Position numbers and translations under genes: made by a program
In this document: one piece after another, positions 36,214 through 46,522 of the stretch
Layout of the letters: every line of letters starts with the position of its first letter
Numbering within the stretch: position 1 is the stretch's first letter
Source: Terriglobia bacterium
Lineage (GTDB): Bacteria; Acidobacteriota; Terriglobia; UBA7540
DNA length: 64,000 nucleotides
NCBI GenBank assembly: GCA_035946735.1
Contig: DASYYZ010000024.1
Coordinates: forward strand, 13,475-77,474
Direction: 5' to 3'
Notes under the pieces: model-generated
Told to the model about the DNA's origin: nothing
Database searches by the model: none
What the model saw: only the letters and a program-made list of their open reading frames with translations

Positions 36214-36471
36214 ATGTCGATCACTATGGAAAACGAGCTATTGGAGAACATCAACAGAAACCTTGAGGTGATTATTGGCTTGCTGCTCCGCAGCCTGCCC
36301 GATTCAGACGCCGCACACCTTCGCGGGCGCATTGTCATGCTGAATGACATGGGCATGCGGCCGAAGGATATCGCAAGAGTGTTGGGTAAATCAACGAATC
36401 ACATTAACGTTGAATTGTCGCGGAGCCGCAAGCCAAAGAGGAAGAGAGGGGTAGAGCGTGAAGAAGGCTAG
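36214..36471 (+). CDS. Small HTH protein, paralog 1 of 3
   Basis: LENINRNLEVIIGLLLRSL ... RIVMLNDMGMRPKDIARVLGKSTNHINVELSRSRKPKRK. The start may instead be the ATG at 36226. Confidence 0.6.
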   Translation: MSITMENELLENINRNLEVIIGLLLRSLPDSDAAHLRGRIVMLNDMGMRPKDIARVLGKSTNHINVELSRSRKPKRKRGVEREEG

Positions 36472-36655
36472 CAGCACTGAAGAGCTTCTTGTGGCCCAAT
36501 CAGAACTCATTCGAGACATGTTTATTACCGAGTTAACGATCGCGGGCGTACCGCAACGAGAGATCGCGAAAGTCGTGCGGGTCAACCTGAACCGCGTAAA
36601 TCGCATCGCCAAGTCCTTGCGCAAACGAAACAAAAATAGTAACGGAGAGAACTAA
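36458..36655 (+). CDS. Small HTH protein, paralog 2 of 3 (shorter)
   Basis: GTG start with a GAGAGGGG SD, overlapping the previous gene by 14 nt. ...ELTIAGVPQREIAKVVRVNLNRVNRIAKSLRKRNK. Confidence 0.55.
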   Translation: MKKASSTEELLVAQSELIRDMFITELTIAGVPQREIAKVVRVNLNRVNRIAKSLRKRNKNSNGEN

Positions 36656-36899
36656 ATGGCCGAAGCGGACGTGCTCGAAAAACAGTCGCGCAAGTTGAAC
36701 GTCGTCATCGGACTCCTACTGCGCGTACTGTTAAAGGACGAGGATTTCACACAAAGGAAGAGGAAAGGGACCGGTGAGTTGGCCGTGTACTTGAAGCGAC
36801 ACGGTCTTGAGTACCCAAGACATTGCGGCTATACTCGATTCCCCAGTCGCAAGCGTGCGCGAGTTGGTCGGCCGGAGCAGCCGAAGAAAGAAGCCGTGA
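36656..36899 (+). pseudogene. Small HTH protein, paralog 3 of 3, interrupted by a 1-nt frame change near 36809
   Basis: Frame 0 gives LEKQSRKLNVVIGLLLRVL...ELAVYLKRHGL. The +1 frame from 36810 gives STQDIAAILDSPVASVRELVGRSSRRKKP*. Joined, they align colinearly with paralog 1 (80 vs 81 aa). The track ORF 36656..36940 continues in the wrong frame. Confidence 0.55.
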
Positions 36900-36943
36900 T
36901 CGTACGCGTGCTGGTGAACCCCTTGCGCCTAAAACCTTAGAGC

Positions 36944-37468
36944 ATGATAGGCGACCGGAAGCCACAATCATATGACTTCCACGCGGACATTCGCCTGCAT
37001 AAGGCAGAGAGCGAAGGACGGCAGCAAATGAGGGCACGGAATGGCAAGGAAGAACCCTACCAGCAAATATTGCACCGGCTCGCGCATATCGAACATAAGG
37101 TGGATTCGATAGATGAGACGAACGCGTTTGCGCTGCGGGCGGAGGCAGAAAAGCATCAGGGGACAGTCAAGAAGATTTTCAAGAAGAGTAAGCGGAGGGC
37201 GCAGGTCTATCTGGCTGCCGATGGTACTTGGGGCGTGGCTGAGATCGCCAAGCATCTCAGAATGAAACAACCAAATGTGAGCCCAGACCTAAGAATCCTG
37301 AAAGAGGAAGGGCTTCTGGAGCTTATAGACGCCTCTGGTAGGCAGGATTTCTGGGCGAAAAAGACAATCGACAAAACGCTCCGCATCTCCAAGTATCTCT
37401 GTGAGGAATACAGCCTAAAGCCTGACGGGCGCCCTAACAGTGAAGGCAAAGACAAGAGGAGGAAATAG
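36944..37468 (+). CDS. Winged-HTH (ArsR/MarR-like) protein
   Basis: RAQVYLAADGTWGVAEIAKHLRMKQPNVSPDLRILKEEGLLELIDASGRQDFWAKK. The start may be the ATG at 37028 (MRARNG). Confidence 0.6.
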   Translation: MIGDRKPQSYDFHADIRLHKAESEGRQQMRARNGKEEPYQQILHRLAHIEHKVDSIDETNAFALRAEAEKHQGTVKKIFKKSKRRAQVYLAADGTWGVAEIAKHLRMKQPNVSPDLRILKEEGLLELIDASGRQDFWAKKTIDKTLRISKYLCEEYSLKPDGRPNSEGKDKRRK

Positions 37469-37489
37469 CTGGATGGCGCACAAATCGGA

Positions 37490-38277
37490 ATGATCTTCTC
37501 AATCCAAACTTACCTAGAAGACTATTTCAATCGACGTGGGCTTGGCGATCCCGACCAGTACGCCGTCGCGCTGGCGAGGTTGTATGACCGCGAGCGTCAC
37601 GGCACGACTGCGCCCGTCTTTCTGGCCGCGATGAAGCGCATTAGGACGATTTTTTATAAGCGCAACAATCATATCGAGCGTGACAAGTTTGACCGGAAGA
37701 TGCTGACCCTCTTAGACAGTAAGTTTAAAAAAAAAGACTATTCTTCGTGTCAAAGGCAGTCGCCAAAAGAGTTGAAGCCTCCGGCAGCAGCCTAGCGAAA
37801 TGTCCTCGCGTTACCATCCGCAAATTCCTTGAAGAGTTCAAGAGCACAATCGAGGCCGAGGCAGTAAATTCGTTTTGGGAATCGCGAACCGAGGGAAAGC
37901 TGAAGAAACGTCCGGAGAAGCACGGGCAGGAACTTCTCGGTGTGTTCGCTCGTGCAAAACTGGCAGCAAGGGGATCCGCAATCCGAGAGGCGGTGTCTGG
38001 CATTGGATTCGTGGATGTGCTTGTGACGTTCTCATCTGGACTGCTTCACGTGATCGAATTGAAAATGTTGAAGGGCAAGGATATCCCGGGGCCAGCACAA
38101 CTGGCGATATACATGAACCACAAGCGGCGACCGGAGGGCTGGCTTGTCTTCTTTGATGCACGTAAACCGAATGGGAGGCCGGCCGTCCCAACCGTGTTCA
38201 AGAAACCGTCTGGAACGATAAGAGCTGTTCTGATTGACATCAATCCGTTAGCGCCGAGTAGACAGAGCGAGGCATGA
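37490..38277 (+). CDS. PD-(D/E)xK (RecB-like, QxxxY) nuclease-fold protein encoded in two frames joined at an A9 tract
   Basis: ORF 37490..37795 and the downstream frame, which opens exactly at 37729 inside AAAAAAAAA (37727-37735). The downstream part carries GFVDVLV...LLHVIELKMLKG...PAQLAIYM (D, ExK, QxxxY). Confidence 0.55.
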
Positions 38278-38371
38278 TCTCTTTTTAAGCAAGGTAGCGG
38301 AGACCGCGCTTGCCGGTCTGCGGCATTTCAAACCGCAAACAGCCGCAGATCCAAGGGTCCAGCCAGAGCGC

Positions 38372-38824
38372 TCACTCCACGGGCACTTCCTTCAGGACGT
38401 CGTCCCAATGCTTTTCGGTCAGTTCCCAGCGTCGCTTTTCCTCGCGGTCGTGTGACGCTTTATCGGGATAAAGCGAGCGCATAATGTCCGGCTGGCGCTT
38501 ATCGGCTTCATCGAGTGCCGCCCAGTCACGCCACACCATTACCACTTTGTAGTCCCAGGCGGGGCTCTCCGCGTGAAACCTTCGCTCATAAATCTTATCG
38601 CTCAGGATCAAGCCCTCTTTCTTCAGTTGTTGCAGGATGGGGCGGTGGTTCTTCAGGTAGAGCGACAACCACTCCGACGGGCCACCCGGCGTCATGCCGC
38701 CGGGCACGATTTTGTAATAGTACTCAATCGTGACGGGGGCGCCAGCTGCTTGGCCGGCGCTCCTCGAGGCAAACGCTCCCAAGCTGAGAATGAGGATCGT
38801 CGATACGAGCAGGGCCTTCTTCAT
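38372..38824 (-). CDS. Secreted hypothetical protein
   Basis: Internal ATG at 38824 gives the signal peptide MKKALLVSTILILSLGAFASRSAGQ. No family recognised. Confidence 0.65.
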   Translation of the reverse strand: MKKALLVSTILILSLGAFASRSAGQAAGAPVTIEYYYKIVPGGMTPGGPSEWLSLYLKNHRPILQQLKKEGLILSDKIYERRFHAESPAWDYKVVMVWRDWAALDEADKRQPDIMRSLYPDKASHDREEKRRWELTEKHWDDVLKEVPVE

Positions 38825-39003
38825 AGTCTCTCTCCGAGCGCGCTGCTTGAGGGCGCGCTCTTTGGGACAGAGGCGGCCCTGGAACGGGAATGGCGCATCC
38901 ACGCGATACAACGGCACGTCTGCGCCACCCGCGAAAATCTGAAAGGGAAAAGCCGCAGACCCCGCAGTGGTAGAGTCTGCGTTTACGCTTGATCAGGCTC
39001 GTT

Positions 39004-40713
<1,710 letters not shown>

Positions 40714-40807
40714 CTATTCCATTGCCTGCAGCCCGCTGCGGCTGTCGTCGGCTGGTCGCGGCCGGGACGCGCTAGGCGTCGAGGGCCGCTGACGGCCGAC
40801 CGCCGAT

Positions 40808-41125
40808 CTACTTCTTCCCTCCGGCCGCCGCTGCCTTACCCTCAATGATCCCCAGCACCTCGTCCTCGCGCAGGATCAGATACTCTTGCTCGTCCATCTT
40901 GATCTCAGCGCCGGAAAACTTGCCGAAGAGGATGCGATCGCCCGCCTTCACGTCCAGCGTCACGATCTTCCCGTCCTTTTCTCTTTTGCCGCTGCCCGCC
41001 GCCACAACGATGCCTTCTTGCGGTTTCTCTTTGGCTGTGTCGGGAACGATGATTCCGCCCTTCACAGTCTGCTTGTCGTCAACTCGTTTGACCAGGATTC
41101 GATCATGGAGAGGTCTAAAGTTCAT
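40808..41125 (-). CDS. groES: Co-chaperonin GroES
   Basis: [17 protein letters not shown]...[21 protein letters not shown]. Confidence 0.97.
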   Translation of the reverse strand: MNFRPLHDRILVKRVDDKQTVKGGIIVPDTAKEKPQEGIVVAAGSGKREKDGKIVTLDVKAGDRILFGKFSGAEIKMDEQEYLILREDEVLGIIEGKAAAAGGKK

Positions 41126-41484
41126 TTTGAATCTCCTTTAAGGTGTAACGTTTCGATGCCTCGGATTGAAGCCTGCCCCGGGTAGCTTGCGAGTGCCTGG
41201 CCTCGAGGCGTTCCGGCTCCTCAGCCAACTCGTACTGAGCCCGGCTCGGACAGCTCTGTCAGGTCTTCCCAGGTGGAGACCGCCGCAAGCTGCAGGGCCT
41301 TGTCTGGTTCCGCGTTGAACCGGCCCACGAACGAATCGCGTCGATGATGATGGCCTCGATGGTGCCGGCGAGACCGGTCCATGCAACGAGCTCGACGAAT
41401 CTGAAATCTCATCTCTCACCTCGCGCGAAATCGACGATAGCGAGGGCGGGTCTATCCGCCCCAGAACAAGAGGATCGCTGCGCT

Positions 41485-41805
41485 TCAGGCTGCGGCGTGA
41501 GCGGCGATCTTGTGAAAGGTTGAGTTGGAAACCTCAAAGCTTTCGACGTGAGGTGTACCGTCAACCACGTTCGCCAGGTTCTTGAGAACGCTGGGATAAG
41601 CGCCGCGGTTGTAAGCCGCCGCATCCTCTTTCTGATCCCACAACGTGATGGAAACCGCCTCTGTTCCGTTGGCGGTGACGAATGCAATCTCGTCCTGGAA
41701 ACCCTTCTGCTTCCGAAGTACGGGAATGATTTTCTCGTCCACCACCCGGGTAAACTCGGCGACGCTACTCGGCTTCAGGTGTACGGAGACGTTTCGAGCA
41801 AACAT
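41485..41805 (-). CDS. Small ABM/Dabb-like protein, paralog of 21166..21486
   Basis: 106 aa, colinear with the 21-kb copy. It is on the same strand as groES-groEL and 360 nt upstream of them. Confidence 0.7.
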   Translation of the reverse strand: MFARNVSVHLKPSSVAEFTRVVDEKIIPVLRKQKGFQDEIAFVTANGTEAVSITLWDQKEDAAAYNRGAYPSVLKNLANVVDGTPHVESFEVSNSTFHKIAAHAAA

Positions 41806-42116
41806 GGCAACCTCCTTGGTTGTCTCTAAGGGGTGCGATTCAGATAACCTGACTTAGTTCAGGCAACCCGGAGAGTGTCAGGAGGAAGGTTCATCTCACT
41901 CTCCATGTTGAGGCAGATTAACCGATCTTGTCAAGCACAATCGTCGACGGTTAAAGTTAATTAATCTAAACCGGTTAAGTAAGACGGACTCCCTCCCCGA
42001 AACCCGATGGAGTTGCTCGCCACGGATGTTGCAGCCAGGTGCGGCGGCCGCAAAATGCCGGTCGGGTGCTGATAAACTGGCAGACTGAGAAACGAACAGA
42101 CTGATAGACTGGACTC

Positions 42117-43073
42117 ATGACCGTTCCGAAGAAGCTACTCCTTGCGCGCCCCCGAGGTTTCTGCGCCGGTGTGGATCGCGCCGTGGACGTGGTTGACATG
42201 GCCCTGCGGCTCTTCGACGGTCCCATCTACGTGCGCAAGCAGATCGTGCACAACCTGCACGTGATCGAGTCTTTCCGCGACCGCGGCGTCGTTTTTGTGG
42301 AAGAGATCAGCGAGGTGCCGGACCGGGCGCTGGTGATCTTCAGCGCCCACGGGGTTTCACCGGAGGTGCGCCGCGCTGCGCAGGAGCGGCAACTCGAAGT
42401 GATCGATGCCACCTGCCCCTTGGTCACCAAGGTACACCTGGAGGCGTTGCGGTTCCATCGCGAGGGCCGCTCGATCATTCTGGTGGGCCACCACGGACAC
42501 GAGGAAGTGGTTGGAACCATGGGCGAGGTTCCCGGGAGCATTCAACTTGTGGGAAGCCGCGAGGAAGCGGAGCGGGTAGAAGTGCCCGATCCCGCGCGCG
42601 TGGCCGTGCTCACCCAGACCACGCTCGGCGTGGACGACGCGAACGCGATCATCGAAGTGTTGCGGCGGCGCTTTCCGGAGCTCGTGACGCCTGCGAGCGA
42701 CGACATCTGCTATGCCACCCAGAACCGGCAGGTTTCGGTCAAACAGATAGCCCAGATAGCTCGGCTAGTGCTGGTGCTCGGCTCGGACAACAGCTCCAAC
42801 TCCCAGCGCCTGCGCGAAGTGGCCCAAGACTCGGGCGCGCGCGCCTACCTGATCGACGACGCGCGCCAGATCGATCCTGCCTGGCTCGAGGGCGTGGAGT
42901 GCGTGGGCGTGACCGCCGGCGCTTCGGCGCCCGAGCGACTTGTGGAAGGCGTGGTCCGCTACTTCCATAATTTGGGCGTGACGGTTGTGGAAGAGGTTGA
43001 CGCCGTGGACGAGCGCGTGACGTTCGCGCCGCCAGCCGAACTGGTGCGGGTGCGAAAAAGAGTCGAAAGTTAG
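42117..43073 (+). CDS. ispH: 4-hydroxy-3-methylbut-2-enyl diphosphate reductase
   Basis: ARPRGFCAGVDRAV..V......P.YV...IVHN..V; SAHGV.P; ATCPLVTKVH; SSNS.RL. Confidence 0.95.
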   Translation: MTVPKKLLLARPRGFCAGVDRAVDVVDMALRLFDGPIYVRKQIVHNLHVIESFRDRGVVFVEEISEVPDRALVIFSAHGVSPEVRRAAQERQLEVIDATCPLVTKVHLEALRFHREGRSIILVGHHGHEEVVGTMGEVPGSIQLVGSREEAERVEVPDPARVAVLTQTTLGVDDANAIIEVLRRRFPELVTPASDDICYATQNRQVSVKQIAQIARLVLVLGSDNSSNSQRLREVAQDSGARAYLIDDARQIDPAWLEGVECVGVTAGASAPERLVEGVVRYFHNLGVTVVEEVDAVDERVTFAPPAELVRVRKRVES

Positions 43074-43171
43074 TTGGCAATGTTCATTTGCCGGTCGCCA
43101 GTTCCCCGGTCGGCGCTCCGGCTGGGCAATGGACACGTCAGGAAGGCGAATCGACGGAATAGTGGGCGGCC

Positions 43172-44209
43172 ATGTGGCGGAATCAGCCGGCGCTCGGAAG
43201 ACCATGGCGTGTAGCGCTCAGGAGACTGCTGCATGCTGCCGGGTTCGTACTCCTTTTCAGCCCTTCGGTGCTCGCGCAGGGTGATATCGGGGTGATCTAC
43301 GGGAGTGTGACGGACGCTCGTGGACAGGCCCAACGCGTGCGCGTGCAACTGCTTGCTGCGGGCGACATTTTGGCCGGCGATGTCTACACCGGTGCTGAAG
43401 GTGAATACACCTTCCAAGCTCTTCCCAGCGGAGAATATTGGGTAGTGGTGGAGGCCGAGGGGTTCGACGCCGTGCGGCAGCCCGTGATGCTCGATACGCA
43501 CATCAACGCCAAGATGCAAGTCAACCTTGGCCTCGAGGCGTCGGCTGCTTCCGCCCGTCAGCCGAATCCGGTGATTTCCGGCAGTGCGTCGAGCCACACC
43601 GTAGACATCAAGCGACCAACCGCTCGCCTTAATCCGCAAGCGCTGCGCGAATATGATAAAGGTAAAACTCAGGAGCTTCAGGGGGATCTCGAAGGCGCCA
43701 TCGATCATTACCGCAAGGCCCTTCGCGCCGATCCCGGCTACTATCCGGCGCTCAACAACCTGGGCGCCTTATACGAGCGTCGGGGCCGTCACACCCAGGC
43801 CGAGGAAGTCCTGGTCAAGGCGATCGCGCGCAACCCCGATGATGGGGAGGCGTACGTCAACCTCGGTCATTCCTTTTACGAAGAGGGCCGCTATCGCGAC
43901 GCCTCAACGCAACTCCTGGAGGGGCTGAAGCGATCGCCGAATTCCGCCACCGGCCGCTTCCTTCTCGGTTCGGCGCAGCTCAAGCTCGGTGACGTTGACG
44001 AAGCCAAATCGAACCTGAAGCAGGCCTGCGCTCTGGACCCGCAAGGTCTGCCCGCTGCGCATTTGCAGCTTGCGAACGCCTATCTGAAGGCTCGCGACCT
44101 GCAGCAGGCGGCCACCGAGCTCGAAACCTACCTCCAGGCGAATCCCTCCGATCCTCAGGCGCCGGCCATTCGCAGACTTCTTGCCAGCGTCAAACCACCG
44201 AACCCCTGA
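43172..44209 (+). CDS. Carboxypeptidase-regulatory-like domain plus TPR repeat protein
   Basis: Signal-like N-terminus. GSVTDARGQ...GEYTFQALPSGEYWVVVEAEGF beta-sandwich motif, then 4-5 TPR units. Confidence 0.75.
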   Translation: MWRNQPALGRPWRVALRRLLHAAGFVLLFSPSVLAQGDIGVIYGSVTDARGQAQRVRVQLLAAGDILAGDVYTGAEGEYTFQALPSGEYWVVVEAEGFDAVRQPVMLDTHINAKMQVNLGLEASAASARQPNPVISGSASSHTVDIKRPTARLNPQALREYDKGKTQELQGDLEGAIDHYRKALRADPGYYPALNNLGALYERRGRHTQAEEVLVKAIARNPDDGEAYVNLGHSFYEEGRYRDASTQLLEGLKRSPNSATGRFLLGSAQLKLGDVDEAKSNLKQACALDPQGLPAAHLQLANAYLKARDLQQAATELETYLQANPSDPQAPAIRRLLASVKPPNP

Positions 44210-46332
44210 TGGCCGCCCGAACACTCACACGCGTGCTGTCAGTTACATTTCTAGCCCTGTTGGTCCCGGGAGCCACCACGGGCGCGCCGCCGGACCGGAA
44301 ATCGCTTCCGCCCTCGATTGTCCTGATCACTCTTGACACTGTCCGCGCCGATCACATCGGTTGTTACGGGTACCGGACGGCGGAAACACCGGCTCTGGAC
44401 AGCCTGGCGCGCGACGGGACGCGATTCGCCGATGCTTATACCGTGGTACCCATCACGCTGCCTTCCCACGCCGCCATCCTCACCGGCACCTACCCCATGT
44501 GGAACGGCGTTCGTGACTTCACCTCGCCCGGTCTGCCCGGCAGCGTTCCCGCTCTTGCTGAAATCCTCAAGCAGCGGGGACTCTCTACGGCGGCGTTCAT
44601 CAGCTCCTATGCGCTGAATTCGATGTGGGGACTCAATCGTGGCTTCGACATTTACGACGACCAGATGAACTTGGGTGCAGGATCTTCCCGTGATCTGTTT
44701 CTGGCCACGCGCCCCGGCGATGCCACCACGACCAGGATGCTTGACTGGCTCGACCGTTATCGGGACAAGCCCGTCTTTGTCTGGCTTCATCTCTACGACG
44801 CCCACAGTCCTTATCGTTCGCCGGAGCCCTACGCCAGCCGGCACGCCGCGCTCCCCTATGACGGCGCCATCGCCTTTGATGACGCCCAGGTGGGGCGCGT
44901 GATGGCAGCGCTTCGCCGCGACGGTCTCTATGATTCCAGCCTCATCATCGTAACCAGCGACCACGGCGAGTCGCTCGGCGAACACGGCGAGGCTCAGCAT
45001 GGCTTTTTCATCTACAACTCGACGCTGCTCGTTCCCCTGATCGTGAAGTGGCCCGGTGGCCGGGACAGCGGCCGTGTTGTGACGCAGCCGGTCTCGACCA
45101 TCGACATTGCTTCGACGATCGCCCAGGCTGCAGGCGTTCCAGCCTCGGACCAACACAGCTTTCAGGGTGAATCGCTCGCGCGCTGGACAGGACCAGGCGT
45201 AGCCTCGCCCGTCTCACGGGCGCTCGTCTACGCTGAGTCCTACTACGCGCGCGACTCCTTCGGCTGGCACGAATTGCGCGCCCTGTTGGACCGGCAGTAC
45301 AAATACATCGACGCCCCGGAACCGGAACTCTACGAGGTCGAGCACGATGCCAGAGAACAATCGAACATCATCGCGAATCACGAAGCGGTGGCGGGGTCCA
45401 TGCGAATCAAGCTTAAGGAACTCGAACGCCAGCACACTAACGAAACCGCGTCAGGCGGCGCCCGCGCTCTTGACTCCGAAACCCTGGAGGCGCTTAGATC
45501 CTTAGGCTATGTCGCCTACCAGGCAGCGTCCTCCCCGCTCCCAGGCGCAACGGCCCTCGATGATCCCAAACAAAAGATCGCCATTTTTAATGACATCTTG
45601 CGGGCGGGCGATCTGAGACGAGCCGGCCAACACGCGGAGGCAGCGAAGTTGCTCGATGAGTTGAAGTCGCGCGAGCCGGCGCTCTACGTTCTGCCCTTCG
45701 AAGCCGGCGAAAACGACCTGGCCTGGGGGAAGCCGCAGGACGCCGTCAGCGAATTCCGGGCCACCGTGCAGATGAACCCGCGCTTCGATCAGGCCCTGCT
45801 AGGCCTGGGCCGCGCCTGCTTCGAATTGAAACAGGACGCGGAGGCGGCAACGGCTCTCGAACTCGCGCTCCGGCTGAGTCCCCACAATTTTTTGGCGAGA
45901 CTTGCGCTGGCGAGCGTCTATCTGCGCGAAGGTTCTAGGGACAAGGCGGAAACCGAACTGGCGCGTGTCGTCGCGGAGCAGCCGCATTTCGCCGAAGGAC
46001 ATGCCGAATACGGCGTGGTGCTGGCCAGAAGGAAGGCTTACGCCGACGCTGTACGGGAGATCGAACGGGGTCTGGAGCTCGGTTACCGCGACGCAGGTAG
46101 TTTCAATGCGCTCGGCATCTCTCGCGCGCAACTCGGCCAACACGAGGCGGCACTGGAAGCCTACCAGCAGGCTCTCCAACTGGATCCGCGGTCGGCGGCT
46201 GCCTGCCTGAACCTGGCCATCGAACACCGCCGTGCCGGCGAGGCTGCCGAGGCGCAGCGCTACTACCGCAAGACCTGCGAACTAAGCGACCAGCTTTGCC
46301 GGCAATACGCCTCGCAATTCGCCCCGAACTAG
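44209..46332 (+). CDS. Sulfatase-like hydrolase/transferase fused to TPR repeats
   Basis: IVLITLDTVRADHIGCYGY...TP.LDSLA..G..F..A......TLPSHA.ILTG; SDHGE.LGEHG. C-terminal TPRs. Its ATG overlaps the previous stop (TGATG). Confidence 0.85.
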   Translation: MAARTLTRVLSVTFLALLVPGATTGAPPDRKSLPPSIVLITLDTVRADHIGCYGYRTAETPALDSLARDGTRFADAYTVVPITLPSHAAILTGTYPMWNGVRDFTSPGLPGSVPALAEILKQRGLSTAAFISSYALNSMWGLNRGFDIYDDQMNLGAGSSRDLFLATRPGDATTTRMLDWLDRYRDKPVFVWLHLYDAHSPYRSPEPYASRHAALPYDGAIAFDDAQVGRVMAALRRDGLYDSSLIIVTSDHGESLGEHGEAQHGFFIYNSTLLVPLIVKWPGGRDSGRVVTQPVSTIDIASTIAQAAGVPASDQHSFQGESLARWTGPGVASPVSRALVYAESYYARDSFGWHELRALLDRQYKYIDAPEPELYEVEHDAREQSNIIANHEAVAGSMRIKLKELERQHTNETASGGARALDSETLEALRSLGYVAYQAASSPLPGATALDDPKQKIAIFNDILRAGDLRRAGQHAEAAKLLDELKSREPALYVLPFEAGENDLAWGKPQDAVSEFRATVQMNPRFDQALLGLGRACFELKQDAEAATALELALRLSPHNFLARLALASVYLREGSRDKAETELARVVAEQPHFAEGHAEYGVVLARRKAYADAVREIERGLELGYRDAGSFNALGISRAQLGQHEAALEAYQQALQLDPRSAAACLNLAIEHRRAGEAAEAQRYYRKTCELSDQLCRQYASQFAPN

Positions 46333-46522
46333 CGCAACTCCTGACGAAGCAGGCAGCCGGTCTCCCGCTTTGCCTGTTACATCACTGTGTATGGGTCCGT
46401 ACGCGGCGGGAAAACTGGCCGCTACCGGAAGAATTGTTGCGAGAGCCTTCCGTCCGGCCTCGGAAGTCAAAACCTCAAGCAGGAGCAATTCGTGGGCTTC
46501 ATGTGATCCGCCCGGTTGAGCC

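Noticed and set aside
35370-36356. 328-aa minus-strand ORF spanning the RHH pair and the start of the HTH array
   Set aside because: It is a Ser/Arg/Cys/Leu-rich translation without motifs. It overlaps several short plus-strand genes that have SDs, overlaps typical of operons, and paralog support.
36656-36940. Track ORF of 94 aa taken at face value as an intact gene
   Set aside because: Its C-terminal third (EYPRHCGYTRFPSRKRARVGRPEQPKKEAVIVRVLVNPLRLKP) loses the paralog alignment, while the +1 frame restores it. I therefore annotated it as frameshifted and ending at 36899.
41126-41484. Possible CIRCE/HrcA operator, or a small gene (63-aa and 93-aa ORFs), in the 360-bp spacer upstream of groES
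   Set aside because: There is only a partial AGGCACTC half-site with no inverted partner at N9. The small ORFs are Arg/His-rich with no SD. The spacer is left unannotated.
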